From NCBI GenBank assembly GCA_963837955.1, contig CAWIPH010000002.1:3744001-3808000 (forward strand): DNA of 64,000 bases. The letters are read 5' to 3'. This DNA comes from an uncultured Verrucomicrobiae bacterium (GTDB taxonomy: Bacteria; Verrucomicrobiota; Verrucomicrobiia; Chthoniobacterales; JAFAMB01). How positions within the stretch are numbered: position 1 is the stretch's first letter; each line of letters starts with the position of its first letter. The position numbers were made by a program, and so were the translations under genes. Below are positions 10,008-20,072 of the stretch, in pieces. The notes below the pieces were generated by a model, which saw nothing but the letters and a program-made list of their open reading frames with translations, searched no databases and was not told the origin of the DNA.

Positions 10008-10194
10008 TGAGGGGGACCAATCGTTTTTCAGTAGCGGCAACAGGCCGTCTATGCTGGAGCTTCTTAAAGGAAGACCTCTGACTTTCTAAGCGCCAATCGA
10101 TTACCATCTGACCAGGAGCCGAAATAAATCCCACCGAGCCCGCAATCGCTCCGGCATCGAACACGACCAATCTAGCCGGACAGTCGCCGCTCCA

Positions 10195-12009
10195 TCACAT
10201 CCGGTCGAGTCGCCGATTTAATTCGAAGGCGGCGCTGATCAAAGCCATGTGAGTGAACGCTTGGGGAAAGTTACCTAGGTGTTCGCCTGAAGGACCAAGT
10301 TCTTCCGCATACAAGCCGACATGATTAGCGTACCCCAGCATCTTTTCGAACAGGAAGCGCGCCTTATGCACATTCCCGCTTCGGGCCAGGCATTCGATAA
10401 ACCAGAACGAACACATACAGAAGGTCCCTTCCGTCCCATCTAGCCCATCGGGGCTCCGGTAACGATAAAGCAGAGAATCGTCCACCAGGTTCTCCTCAAT
10501 CGCCTTCAGAGTAGAGATCCAGCGCGGATCAGTCGGAGCGATGAATCGGACTAACGGCGACAGGAGGCAGGCGGCGTCTAACCAATCACCGTTCTCCACC
10601 TGGACAAAACTCTGCATTTTTTTATTCCAAAAGCGTTCATAAATCCGACGATGGATCTCGTCTCGAGTCTGTAACCAACGCGGCCGGGGCGCGGGATAAC
10701 TTCTCTTGATAGAAAGCCGGGCCGCCCGGTCTACCGCTACCCAACACATTAGCCGGCTATAATAAAAAGCCTGTTGCCCACCCCGAACCTCCCAAATGCC
10801 TTCGTCCGGTCGATCCCAGTTTTCGCAGACCCAATCAATTATTCGGACGATATCACACCAAAGATCGTAACTGAGTTGTTCCCCGAATTTATCGTAGATG
10901 TAGATCGAATCCATCATTTCGCCGTAGATATCTAATTGGAGCTGCTTCGCGGCAGCGTTTCCGATGCGGACCGGTGCGCTACCTCGATAACCGGCGAGAT
11001 GAGGAAGTAATTCTTCGGGGAGTTCATGGCGTCCGTCCATCCCGTACATGATCTGGAGGGGGAGATCCGGCGTGCCTTCTCCGCAACGCGCCTCCAGCCA
11101 CTTTATGAAGGCGCGCGCTTCGTCAGTAAATCCTAACCGGCTCAGTGCGTAGAGCGTAAAACTAGCATCACGGATCCAAGTGAACCGGTAATCCCAATTT
11201 CTGGGGCCGCCGATAAACTCCGGCAAGCCGAAGGTGGGAGCGGCCACGATCGATCCAAATTGCTGGCTGGTTAACAGCTTCAAGACCAAGGCGGAGCGAT
11301 CGACTATCTCTCTCCAACGACCGGTGTAATTTGATCGCCCGATCCAATTTTGCCAAAAATTTAATGTCCGCTTGAATGTTTCCGACTCCCAGCCCGGTTC
11401 CGAACGGGTCTGCGGCCCGCAATCGAGTTCGAGCACAAACGACGCCTTTTCACCTGCGCCCAAAACAAAATCGCTAATAACACCGTCTCTCTCCGGTTTC
11501 AGCGGCGTTTGGGCGCGCAATCGTAAGCTGGAAACGTGGGAACTGTTCGGGACGAATAGCACTTCGGTTTCCGAAACTTGCTGAATCTGATGCGTAGCCC
11601 GGGCGTAATCGAACTGGGGCTCGCAAAACATTTGGAAGCGAACCTCGCCCCGGATGCACTTCGCCCGCCGAATAATTCTTGAGCATTCGTTCCGTTCCGC
11701 TTCTGTACCGACCCGCTCTAAAACCGGCATAAAATCGCTTACCTCCCCGACGCCATCTGGAGACAGAAAGCGCGTGAGGAGAATATTGGTATTCGGAAGG
11801 TAACTCTGCTTTGGTCGACTATTTTGGAGGATCGGTGCGATGGAAAATCGCCCCCCCTTTTCGGCGTCCAAGAGACTGGCAAAAATGGTTGGGGAATCGA
11901 ACTGGGGGAAACAACAGAAGTCGATTGAGCCATCGATTCCAACGAGCGCAACGGTCTGAAGATTGCCGATCACGCCATAGTTCTCGATCGGTTGGTAACC
12001 GTTCGTCAT
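10195..12009 (-). CDS. Glycoside hydrolase family 15 (glucoamylase/trehalase-like)
   Basis: PIENYGVIGN, RNWDYRFTWIRD, QLDIYGE, PDEGIWEVRG, LGNFPQAFTH motifs. Confidence 0.95.
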   Translation of the reverse strand: MTNGYQPIENYGVIGNLQTVALVGIDGSIDFCCFPQFDSPTIFASLLDAEKGGRFSIAPILQNSRPKQSYLPNTNILLTRFLSPDGVGEVSDFMPVLERVGTEAERNECSRIIRRAKCIRGEVRFQMFCEPQFDYARATHQIQQVSETEVLFVPNSSHVSSLRLRAQTPLKPERDGVISDFVLGAGEKASFVLELDCGPQTRSEPGWESETFKRTLNFWQNWIGRSNYTGRWREIVDRSALVLKLLTSQQFGSIVAAPTFGLPEFIGGPRNWDYRFTWIRDASFTLYALSRLGFTDEARAFIKWLEARCGEGTPDLPLQIMYGMDGRHELPEELLPHLAGYRGSAPVRIGNAAAKQLQLDIYGEMMDSIYIYDKFGEQLSYDLWCDIVRIIDWVCENWDRPDEGIWEVRGGQQAFYYSRLMCWVAVDRAARLSIKRSYPAPRPRWLQTRDEIHRRIYERFWNKKMQSFVQVENGDWLDAACLLSPLVRFIAPTDPRWISTLKAIEENLVDDSLLYRYRSPDGLDGTEGTFCMCSFWFIECLARSGNVHKARFLFEKMLGYANHVGLYAEELGPSGEHLGNFPQAFTHMALISAAFELNRRLDRM

Positions 12010-12234
12010 GACCCGAGCTTAGGGCGCTTGCAGAGATCAAGCAATCTCAACGCGATTGCTTGGATTATCGCTGATGAGAACCGTTCCCAAAATTGTCACA
12101 AAAAAATGCTCGCACGCCGAAACGGAGTAAGACAATCTCTCCGCGCTTGGCGAGGGGAATGACTGTTTTCAGTGCTGAATTCTCATGCGTAAAAGCATTC
12201 ATAACAAAATTTATAATTATTAGAAACCACCTGG

Positions 12235-12741
12235 ATGAGACAGGGAGTAACCGGACTTCTCTTGATATTCTTTTTCCTGCACGAAGCAGGCGTCGCAGCA
12301 GATATTAGCAATTCCAGGGATAACCGCCCGGGTCAGAACGATATTCGCGTCATGGTTCTGGAAGCAAACCTGTTGCGGACCGGGAGAGGTCTCCCGCCGC
12401 TCAGGGTCGATCCAAGTTTGTGTCGAGCTGCCGATCTTCATGCGCACGAAATGGCTGAGCTCAACTTTTTTAGTCACCGCGGGCCGCAACCATTATTCGC
12501 GAGCACGCCTGGGTCCAGAGCCTTTTCTCAAGGTTATTCGTGGGCGCGCATAGCAGAGAATATTTGCGCCGGCTACAGAAGCGTTAGTGAGGCGTTCAAT
12601 AGCTTTGTCTACAGCGGGCCGCATTACCGCAATTTGATGAATCCCGAATTAGAGGATATTGGAATTGGTGTCGCCAAAAGCGCGACTAATCGGATCTATT
12701 GGGTCATGCTGCTGGGACGTCCGTCTTATTTTTGGCGCTAG
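12235..12741 (+). CDS. CAP (SCP) domain protein
   Basis: N..R..RGLPPL, AADLHAHEMA..FFSH, AENICAG, SGPHYRNLMNP..EDIGIG, YWVMLLG. Confidence 0.9.
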   Translation: MRQGVTGLLLIFFFLHEAGVAADISNSRDNRPGQNDIRVMVLEANLLRTGRGLPPLRVDPSLCRAADLHAHEMAELNFFSHRGPQPLFASTPGSRAFSQGYSWARIAENICAGYRSVSEAFNSFVYSGPHYRNLMNPELEDIGIGVAKSATNRIYWVMLLGRPSYFWR

Positions 12742-12912
12742 GCATCGATCTCGCCAGCCCTTGCGAAATACGGGCGCCGTCGATTGCGAGAGTCTATATC
12801 CGGCTGCGGCGGTGTCCCATGACAGGAAGGAAGGTTTCTTCTTGTTCAAGTTAACAGCCCCTAATTCTCGCATATGCCAAAAGGGGACAGCCGTATAGAC
12901 TAAGAAACCCTT

Positions 12913-13509
12913 ATGGCCATTCTCCATACCATCTATCATAGCGGATTCGGTCACACCAAACTTCAAGCCCAAGCGGTCCACCATGGCGCCTCGTCGGTTT
13001 CCGGCGTACAAACGCATCTCTGGACCTCAGAAGAAGCGATGGCCCGGATCAACGATTTGGATCAAACTGACGCGATGATTTTCGGTTGCCCGACTTACAT
13101 GGGAAGCATGTCCGCCGAAATGAAGAAGTTTGTAGAAGCCACTGCCAGCAAATGGTTCACCCAAGCATGGAAAGATAAGATCGCAGGCGCATTCACTAAC
13201 TCGAGTAATTTTTCCGGCGACAAGATGAATACGCTCTTCGGTCTCATGGTAAATGCGATGCAGCACGGAATGATTTACGTCAGTCTTGGGATGCTTCCCA
13301 CCGCGAATAAACCGGAGTACCTCCAGAGAATCGAGGGTCCCGGCCCTGACGCTTGGAACCGGAGTTCGTCCTCCCTCGGAGCAATGGCATCAAGCTTCGG
13401 CTTGGAACCCGGAAAAGCTCCGTCAACGGGCGATTTGGAAACAGCTGAAGCTTACGGCCGACGAATCGCCGAAATCACCGTGCGGTGGGTCAAAGGCAAG
13501 AGCGGTTGA
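12913..13509 (+). CDS. Flavodoxin/WrbA-like NAD(P)H-dependent FMN protein
   Basis: YHSGFGHT FMN loop, FGCPTYMG, WKDKIAGAFTNS..SGDK, DLETAEAYGRR. Confidence 0.9.
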   Translation: MAILHTIYHSGFGHTKLQAQAVHHGASSVSGVQTHLWTSEEAMARINDLDQTDAMIFGCPTYMGSMSAEMKKFVEATASKWFTQAWKDKIAGAFTNSSNFSGDKMNTLFGLMVNAMQHGMIYVSLGMLPTANKPEYLQRIEGPGPDAWNRSSSSLGAMASSFGLEPGKAPSTGDLETAEAYGRRIAEITVRWVKGKSG

Positions 13510-13536
13510 TTTTCAAAGGCTGCCGGGTTGAGGGAG

Positions 13537-13971
13537 CTAGGCGCCTTCTTCCTTGACGGGCTGCACCTGAGATGTCGGCTGAACCTGAGCGCTCAAAGCT
13601 GTTTTCTCTCGCGCGGCGAGCTGCATTTCAAAATGCGAAATGGTTTCGACGTTGGCGAGCCTCTCCTCCAACTCCTTTATGCGAGCATGCAGTCGCTCAT
13701 TTTCTCTACCTTCGACACGCTCACGTTTGCCTCCAAACATCCAGACGCAAACCGTTCCAACTCCGGCCGATGCGACCGCCAGAAATGGCAGAAAGATACC
13801 CAAGCGAGAGAGAGTACAGATCGGGATGGAGAGAGCCACAACCGGAATGATCATTCGCCAGATCCGGCCAATCGCCACGACTCTGGGGTCATCTGGTTTC
13901 TCGGGGACATCCGCCTGATCCACGCGGTTTACAGCAACTTCGGAGGATTGCTTACCGCTTCGCGACGCCAT
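13537..13971 (-). CDS. Hypothetical membrane protein, two TM helices plus coiled coil
   Basis: Two hydrophobic segments followed by ENERLHARIKELEERLANVETI; start placed at the ATG at 13971. Confidence 0.6.
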   Translation of the reverse strand: MASRSGKQSSEVAVNRVDQADVPEKPDDPRVVAIGRIWRMIIPVVALSIPICTLSRLGIFLPFLAVASAGVGTVCVWMFGGKRERVEGRENERLHARIKELEERLANVETISHFEMQLAAREKTALSAQVQPTSQVQPVKEEGA

Positions 13972-14087
13972 ATGACGGATGATGAATGAATTCCAATCGG
14001 CTCGCAACCTTGAACTCAATCGAAAGGACGAACCAATCACTCTAAATCTTTGCTAGCATTCCGCTGCCTTCGCTAGATTTTAGTAGC

Positions 14088-15059
14088 ATGCAGGGACTCT
14101 CGATTTGGACAAATCTCCGGCTTACTGATCAGGCTGAAGCATACCTGATCCAAGAAACCCGAAATCATCAATTGATCATCGCACCTCCCGGTCAGGATGT
14201 CCTCCAGGAAGGCGAAACTGACACCCGGCTGAGAGAGTCCGATATCGCATTTGGGCAACCGAACCCCGAAGATTTGAAGATAAGCTCGCGGCTTCGTTGG
14301 GTTCATTTATCAAGTGCCGGATACACTCGCTACGATACGCCGGACCTACGAGCTGCGCTTGGGCAACGGGGAGTCGGGCTCACCAATAGTTCTGAAGTAT
14401 TCTCCGAACCCTGCGCTCAACACGCGCTCGGTTGGCTGCTCGCAGAATCTCGCCAATTTTATCCGGCTTTCCGGATCCAATTGACGACTCGCGCCTGGCC
14501 GCAAAACGAACTGCGGAGCCAGTCGCATTTGTTGGGCGAGAAAACCATTCTGATCGCCGGGTTCGGTTCTATTGGTCGCCGATTAGCCGAGCTGCTCAAG
14601 CCGTTTTCCGCCCGCATCTTTGGCTATCGACGTAATCCAGTTCCGGATCAATTCGCTGAGGTAATCGGACCCGACCGATTGAACGCAGTTCTAGCTGAGG
14701 CAGATCACGTCGTAAATGTTCTTCCGGCCAGCTCGGACACGGTTCATTTTTTTGATTCCGCGCGGTTTGCGAGCATGAAAACCGGCAGCTGTTACTACGC
14801 TATCGGAAGAGGCACAACCACCGATCAAAAGGCCTTAGTGCATACCTTGCGGGCTGGTCATCTGGCGGCGGCTTATCTCGATGTGACGGAACCTGAGCCG
14901 CTCCCGCCAGGTCACGAGCTATGGACTTTGCCTAACTGTTACATCACTCCTCATACCAGCGGCGGACATGCGAACGAGCCGCTGAGGTTAGCACGGCATT
15001 TTGTGGAGAACCTTCGGCGCTTCGAAACTGGAAAGCCGTTGCTCGACCGGGTTTTCTAG
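14088..15059 (+). CDS. D-2-hydroxyacid dehydrogenase family protein
   Basis: WVHLSSAG, GFGSIG, IGRG, AYLDVTEPEPLP, ITPHTSG. Confidence 0.93.
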   Translation: MQGLSIWTNLRLTDQAEAYLIQETRNHQLIIAPPGQDVLQEGETDTRLRESDIAFGQPNPEDLKISSRLRWVHLSSAGYTRYDTPDLRAALGQRGVGLTNSSEVFSEPCAQHALGWLLAESRQFYPAFRIQLTTRAWPQNELRSQSHLLGEKTILIAGFGSIGRRLAELLKPFSARIFGYRRNPVPDQFAEVIGPDRLNAVLAEADHVVNVLPASSDTVHFFDSARFASMKTGSCYYAIGRGTTTDQKALVHTLRAGHLAAAYLDVTEPEPLPPGHELWTLPNCYITPHTSGGHANEPLRLARHFVENLRRFETGKPLLDRVF

Positions 15060-15062
15060 TCG

Positions 15063-15659
15063 CTACTGTACCGCTTTGGTGAGCTCTCGATATCGGAAAC
15101 AGCTCACCAAATGATCATTGACCATACCGACTGCCTGCATAAACGAGTAACAGGTTACCGGTCCGAGAAATTGGAACCCGCGAGCTTTCAATTCTGCTGC
15201 CAGGCGCCGCGATGCATCCGTAGAGACGGGCACTTTTGAGAGTGAGGTCCAGCGATTGACCAGGGGACGATCCCCAACGACACCCCACAAAAAGTCCGCC
15301 AAGGATCCAACTTCGACGTTAACCCGAAGTACCGCCTGGGCATTAGCTATGGCCGCCTCGATCTTTTTCCGGTTCCGGATAATCCCGGGATTCTCCAGAA
15401 GCTTGGCGACCTTAGTCGCGTTAAATTTCGCAACGGCCTGAACGTCAAACCCGGCGAACGCCCGCCGAAAGTTCTCGCGTTTCCGTAAAATCGTAATCCA
15501 GCTCAGGCCGCTCTGCATACTTTCCAGAATCAGCATCTCGAAAAGGTGTCGATCGTCTCGCGAGGGGCAACCCCACTCCGTGTCATGGTAGCGAAGATAA
15601 TCGGCGTCAGTGCCGCTCCAAGCACAGCGCTTTCGCGAATCGGGAATTCCAGAGCTCAT
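15063..15659 (-). CDS. tag: DNA-3-methyladenine glycosylase I
   Basis: RCAW, YHDTEWG, LFEMLILE..QSGLSWITIL.KRENFRRAF, IIRNR.KI, MQAVGMVNDHLVSC. Confidence 0.96.
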   Translation of the reverse strand: MSSGIPDSRKRCAWSGTDADYLRYHDTEWGCPSRDDRHLFEMLILESMQSGLSWITILRKRENFRRAFAGFDVQAVAKFNATKVAKLLENPGIIRNRKKIEAAIANAQAVLRVNVEVGSLADFLWGVVGDRPLVNRWTSLSKVPVSTDASRRLAAELKARGFQFLGPVTCYSFMQAVGMVNDHLVSCFRYRELTKAVQ

Positions 15660-15777
15660 AGACTTTTTCCTCGTACACCAGAGGATCCAGAGATCGAAGC
15701 GCGTCGCCGCAGGTTCGTCGAGCGAATTCGGCCTTGCTCTTTTCTGCCAGATGCATTCTTACTACGGCCGCAAGCTT

Positions 15778-16521
15778 ATGTACTCGCTTCAATCGTCCTT
15801 CCGGTTCCAGGCTAAATCATCATTGCTGGCTGCATCGCTTGCGCTGGCCCTGCCTACGATGCTGCATGCTCAGGATGCCAAATCCAAATTGAAGTCGCCG
15901 ATCACGGATCCGACAGCCAGTAATCCCTCTCCCACTACCTCAGGGAAATCCGGAAAGGCGCAGAGCTCTCCTGACAAAAGAATGCTCGAGGCGGCCCAAC
16001 AATCGCTGGCCGACGCGGGAAACAAGGTTTTGAACCGAATCCAAACCGAGGAGTCCGAGGTGCATACGCGTTTGGGCTACTTTCAAAAATCGGATCGACT
16101 CGATCCAAGCACCTATAAATCGGTCGAGGAGGTTGCGCAGTGGCGAACACTGCTTGCCGAGCTCAAGCAACGGGCTGACTCGGTAGCCGATCTATACAAT
16201 AACCTCGGGAAATATCTCGATATCTCCTTGCGAAATGCCAAGGTGAATGAGCAAATTACTGCCCGTTTCAAAGAGGAAGTCATAAACGGCTTTCCTTGGG
16301 ATACCATCCACAAAAAGTCGACCTTGATGACTGAGTACATCAACGATCACGGGAAACTCCTCGATTTCTATGAGAAAAATTGGGGAAATTGGAAAACAGC
16401 AAGTGGCACGGTGGTTTTCCAAGATGCCAATCTTGCCGTGACTTTTCAGAAGTTACGCGATCAGATCATCGCCGCGGGCAAGGAATTGGATCTACAATAC
16501 AAAGCCATGTCCGAGGAATAG
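15778..16521 (+). CDS. Secreted hypothetical helical protein (paralog A)
   Basis: Signal peptide and S/P/T-rich linker; shares YFQK..RLDP, FPW..IHK, LLDF...NWG.W with the next ORF. Confidence 0.75.
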   Translation: MYSLQSSFRFQAKSSLLAASLALALPTMLHAQDAKSKLKSPITDPTASNPSPTTSGKSGKAQSSPDKRMLEAAQQSLADAGNKVLNRIQTEESEVHTRLGYFQKSDRLDPSTYKSVEEVAQWRTLLAELKQRADSVADLYNNLGKYLDISLRNAKVNEQITARFKEEVINGFPWDTIHKKSTLMTEYINDHGKLLDFYEKNWGNWKTASGTVVFQDANLAVTFQKLRDQIIAAGKELDLQYKAMSEE

Positions 16522-16551
16522 AGTTACCCGTTTCCCCAATAAAACCATTTC

Positions 16552-17277
16552 ATGAAGTACCCAGTCTCAGCTCTTTACTTTGCCACTCTCCTATTCACCG
16601 CCCCGATCACGTTCGGCCAAACGCAGACTCCGAGTTCGACACCGACCGGACCGAAGCCCCGATCGTCGGCTTCAGACAATCCAAGCGCTTCTCCCAATCC
16701 CTCCGATCCTCGCTTTCAGAAAGGCTATCGGGATGCTGTACAAATTCTAAGAGAACGGATAGGTGCGGCGACCGACACCGTGATGGTCCGGATCACGAAC
16801 CAGGAGAAAGATGTACGGAATCGGTTTGCTTATTTCCAGAAGCCGGAACGCTTGGATCCGAACAGTTTTTCGACCAAAGAAGAAATCGACCCCTGGCGAA
16901 CCCTGCTGGACGACTTCAAACAGAGCAAAGATCTGGCGGCTAAGCTTTATCTCAGCGCGGATACGGACCTGGACAACGCCCTAACCAATCAACATCTCAC
17001 GCAGAAGATTGCGGACCCGGTACGAAAGGAACTGATCTCCACGTTTCCTTGGGAAAGCATCCACAAAAGGAATCAGTTGCTACAGAACTACATCGACGAG
17101 CACCGGTCATTGTTAGATTTTTTCGCAGACAACTGGGGGACTTGGAGCAAAGGCCCCGCCATCGGAAAACCGGTTTTCGCAGATTCCAAACTGGCGACGA
17201 GCTACCAAGGTATCCGAGACAAAGTCGCGGCGCTCGGGAAACAAATTGAGGATTTGAACGCGAAGATATTGCAGTGA
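16552..17277 (+). CDS. Secreted hypothetical helical protein (paralog B)
   Basis: Signal peptide; colinear similarity with the preceding ORF. Confidence 0.78.
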   Translation: MKYPVSALYFATLLFTAPITFGQTQTPSSTPTGPKPRSSASDNPSASPNPSDPRFQKGYRDAVQILRERIGAATDTVMVRITNQEKDVRNRFAYFQKPERLDPNSFSTKEEIDPWRTLLDDFKQSKDLAAKLYLSADTDLDNALTNQHLTQKIADPVRKELISTFPWESIHKRNQLLQNYIDEHRSLLDFFADNWGTWSKGPAIGKPVFADSKLATSYQGIRDKVAALGKQIEDLNAKILQ

Positions 17278-17512
17278 GGAGCGCCCGGGAACGCCGAGAA
17301 CGCCGGGAGCGCCGACAACGGTAAACGGTGAACTGTGAGAGGGAGAACGCGGGAATGTCCTCGATTCGGCTTAGCGGGAGCCTTGCCTACCGTTTTGCGT
17401 CTCCCGCATTCGGTATTCCCGCCTACCTCTCACCTTTCACAGGTCACTTTTCACCTCTCATCGTTCCCGGCGTTGTCGGCGTTCCGGCGTTCCCGGCGTT
17501 CCCGGCGTTCTC
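17278..17512. repeat. Inverted 9-mer (AACGCCGGG/AACGCCGAC) plus 7-mer repeat element
   Basis: Left gaacgccga gaacgccgg gagcgccga then aacggtg aactgtg; right cctctca cctttca.. then (ccggcgtt)n. Confidence 0.8.
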
Positions 17513-18028
17513 CTTCGGCAACGGTGAGTCACTCAGCGGATAAAGAAAACAGGTCGTGGTGCCGTGCGCATACAGCTTGCCCTCACTATCTACCAATCTA
17601 CCTTCCGCCGTAGCTGTACGAGTTCCGAGATGAACCGCATGTCCGATCGCCCGCAATGGTCCGGTCTGCGCGGTTACCGGCTTCACGAAGTTCACTTTCG
17701 TTTCGATGCTCGTGTACCCCACACCGGAACTTAGCGTCGTATAGACAGCCACTCCCATGCACGTGTCCAAAAGCGTCATAGCGTAACCGCCGTGGGCAAT
17801 CCCCATCGTATTGTAAAATTTTTCACTCGGAGTGCTTACCACAGTCACTTTGCCGAATTCGATATCCGTTAACTCAAATGGAATGACTTCGCTGATCGGC
17901 GCCTTGGGGAGCAGACCATTCTTCACGCGATGCAAAACCTCCAAGCCGCTGTAGCGTTCCATGACCTCAACTGGAATGAAACCAGTCTGCCGTTTAACGG
18001 AGGACCCCAGGTCGACATTTCTATCCAT
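17444..18028 (-). CDS. PaaI family thioesterase
   Basis: FYNTMGIAHGGYAMTLLDTCMG, TSIETKVNFVKPV, ATAEGRL..GKLYAHGTTTC; tail overlaps the repeat element. Confidence 0.92.
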   Translation of the reverse strand: MDRNVDLGSSVKRQTGFIPVEVMERYSGLEVLHRVKNGLLPKAPISEVIPFELTDIEFGKVTVVSTPSEKFYNTMGIAHGGYAMTLLDTCMGVAVYTTLSSGVGYTSIETKVNFVKPVTAQTGPLRAIGHAVHLGTRTATAEGRLVDSEGKLYAHGTTTCFLYPLSDSPLPKENAGNAGNAGTPTTPGTMRGEK

Positions 18029-18117
18029 AGCGCTAAAGGGAGCGCAGCCGATCGTCGGGTTCAAGCAATACACAATTTCTGCTCGTCAACATCGCGCTCT
18101 CCGGCGATGTTGTTTTC

Positions 18118-18738
18118 ATGTCGGCGACAGCGCATGTTCCCCCAAATCCCACCGTCGAGCGCCCCGGATTTTTCCTCAACGGCGCTCTAGTAGCCATCAT
18201 AGAAATTGTTCTAGTTCTTGGAGCCCTATTATTGATCTTGTTCCAGGCGCTCGGACGGCTCGCCGGCTCAAACACTGGAGCTGCGCCACTTGGGCTTCTG
18301 CCGGGACTCGCCTTACTTTTGGTGGCACTTTTAGTCCTGCGCGGGTTTCGATTGATGCGCCGAGATCAGGCCCTAGTGCTTTTTTCTGGCGACAAATATC
18401 TGGGTACGATTCGGGGCGGCGGTCTATTCTGGACCAATCCATTCGTCAGCCGGCGCAAACTTTCTCTACAAACCCAGCAGTCGACCGTACAGCACGCGTT
18501 CGATGGAAGCCGTTCCCTCACTGCAAATGTAATTTGGCAGGTGACAGACACGGCGAAAGCCTTGCAACTTTTTGACCACTACGATCAAGCGGTCGGGCAA
18601 ACGATTGATCAAGCGCTCGCGGAGACAAACGGAAACGATGATCTCGATCGCTTTAAGAATTCTCTTGAGCAGCATCTCAGCCGCATTGGAGCATCTGCTC
18701 GGCGAGTTGAACTGCGGAGCGGTCGCATTGCGCTTTAG
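18118..18738 (+). CDS. Membrane protein with a shortened SPFH/band-7-like domain
   Basis: Two TM helices then ALVLFSGDKYLGTIRGGGLFWTNPF..RKLSL and VIWQVTDTAKAL, typical of SPFH-like proteins. Confidence 0.65.
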   Translation: MSATAHVPPNPTVERPGFFLNGALVAIIEIVLVLGALLLILFQALGRLAGSNTGAAPLGLLPGLALLLVALLVLRGFRLMRRDQALVLFSGDKYLGTIRGGGLFWTNPFVSRRKLSLQTQQSTVQHAFDGSRSLTANVIWQVTDTAKALQLFDHYDQAVGQTIDQALAETNGNDDLDRFKNSLEQHLSRIGASARRVELRSGRIAL

Positions 18739-18811
18739 GCGCTTTCTGCGGCTCCAACCCGCGGTGCGGGTGTTTTTCCGAGTGGGCGCTCTGATCTAGC
18801 GTCTTATGAGG

Positions 18812-18980
18812 GGGAGGGCGCACGTCCTTGTGCGCCGCGGATCGCGAGGACGCGATCCCTCCCCGCCCTGGGTTTTAACCCCGAGTGCACCGCGGATCGC
18901 GAGGATCCGAAGTCGCAGAAGCACACGGCCGTTGAGCGTAATGCATCAAAGCTATGTCGGACAGGCTGCGATCCCTCCCC
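18812..18980. repeat. GGAGGG-type REP-like palindromes
   Basis: ggggagggcgcacgtccttgtgcgccg then ggatcgcgaggacgcgatccctcccc; partial repeats gcggatcgcgagga and gcgatccctcccc downstream. Confidence 0.65.
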
Positions 18981-19006
18981 GCTAATCGCTATTGGCTATA
19001 GATCCG

Positions 19007-19023
19007 TTGGCATGCGCTCTGCT
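19007..19023 (+). promoter_or_regulatory. Putative sigma54 (-24/-12) promoter
   Basis: TTGGCATGCGCTCTGCT has the GG-N10-GC spacing; lies ~33 bp upstream of the Rieske ATG. Confidence 0.55.
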
Positions 19024-19055
19024 GATGAGCACTCATCCGAAACGGAGAAAAGGAC

Positions 19056-20072
19056 ATGTTAGTGACACAACAACCGGTTTTTAGAAAGTTCTGGTATCCC
19101 ATAATGCCCATGTCTCATCTCGAGACTGGTCCAAAATCGTTCACACTGCTAGGTCATAACATCGTCCTTTGGAAAGACGCGGGTGGAGCGCCCGCGGCCG
19201 TCATCGATCGCTGTTCCCATCGAACCGCTAAGCTCTCGAAAGGGTGGATTAGCGATGGCGACATCGTTTGTCCTTATCACGGATGGGCTTACAATCGGAC
19301 CGGAGCTTGTACTCGGGTACCCCAAGTGGGCGATACAACATACCCGGACGGAATTTCGGCGGCAGCGTACCATTGCCAGGAAAAGTATGACTATGCCTGG
19401 GTCTGTTTGGAAGAGCCGCTGGCACCAATTCCAGAATTCGAAGAGGAGGGAGATCTGAAATTTCGCAAGATTCACGAGTTTTACGAGATCTGGCGATGCG
19501 CTGGACTGCGCGTCATGGAAAACTCGTTCGACAATGCCCATTTTAGCTTCGTCCACCAAAAATCTTTTGGTCGGATTGATCACCCGGAACCGAGCTCGCT
19601 CACCCTAACCGAAATCGAGGGGGGCTTTCTGATGCACACCGTCGTTCCGGTTAAGAATCCTGACATTCAGAAGAAGGTCCTGCAGATGGAGGAAAGCGAG
19701 ACGGTGCGGAATATGAACAGCCGCTGGTGGCTGCCGTTCGTTCGCAAACTCAAGATCACCTACCCGAATGGATTGGTCCACAGCATCGTTACAGCCGCCA
19801 CTCCGATCGATGATCGCAACAGTTACATCGTTCAATTTGCCTACCGAAGCGATACCGAAGAACAAGCCGCGGCGAAAGACATCATCGCGTTTGATCGGCA
19901 GGTAACGAACGAAGACCGCGAGATACTCGAATCGACCGATTTCGACGTCAGCGTTGATCTTAGTCGCCGGATTGAAGAGCACATGGCGGTAGATCGACCG
20001 GGCCTGGTGATGCGCAAACAATTGATGAAACTGTTTACGGAGCACGGGGAAACAGATGTCGCGCTCAACTGA
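19056..20072 (+). CDS. Rieske non-heme iron oxygenase alpha subunit (VanA/HpxD/Ndm-like)
   Basis: Rieske motif CSHR..CPYHGW; mononuclear Fe motif ENSFDNAHFSFVH; EDREILE. Confidence 0.92.
   Translation: MLVTQQPVFRKFWYPIMPMSHLETGPKSFTLLGHNIVLWKDAGGAPAAVIDRCSHRTAKLSKGWISDGDIVCPYHGWAYNRTGACTRVPQVGDTTYPDGISAAAYHCQEKYDYAWVCLEEPLAPIPEFEEEGDLKFRKIHEFYEIWRCAGLRVMENSFDNAHFSFVHQKSFGRIDHPEPSSLTLTEIEGGFLMHTVVPVKNPDIQKKVLQMEESETVRNMNSRWWLPFVRKLKITYPNGLVHSIVTAATPIDDRNSYIVQFAYRSDTEEQAAAKDIIAFDRQVTNEDREILESTDFDVSVDLSRRIEEHMAVDRPGLVMRKQLMKLFTEHGETDVALN

Noticed and set aside
13528..13989. 153-aa + strand ORF
   Set aside because: Shadow of the - strand membrane/coiled-coil protein, which has more protein-like composition
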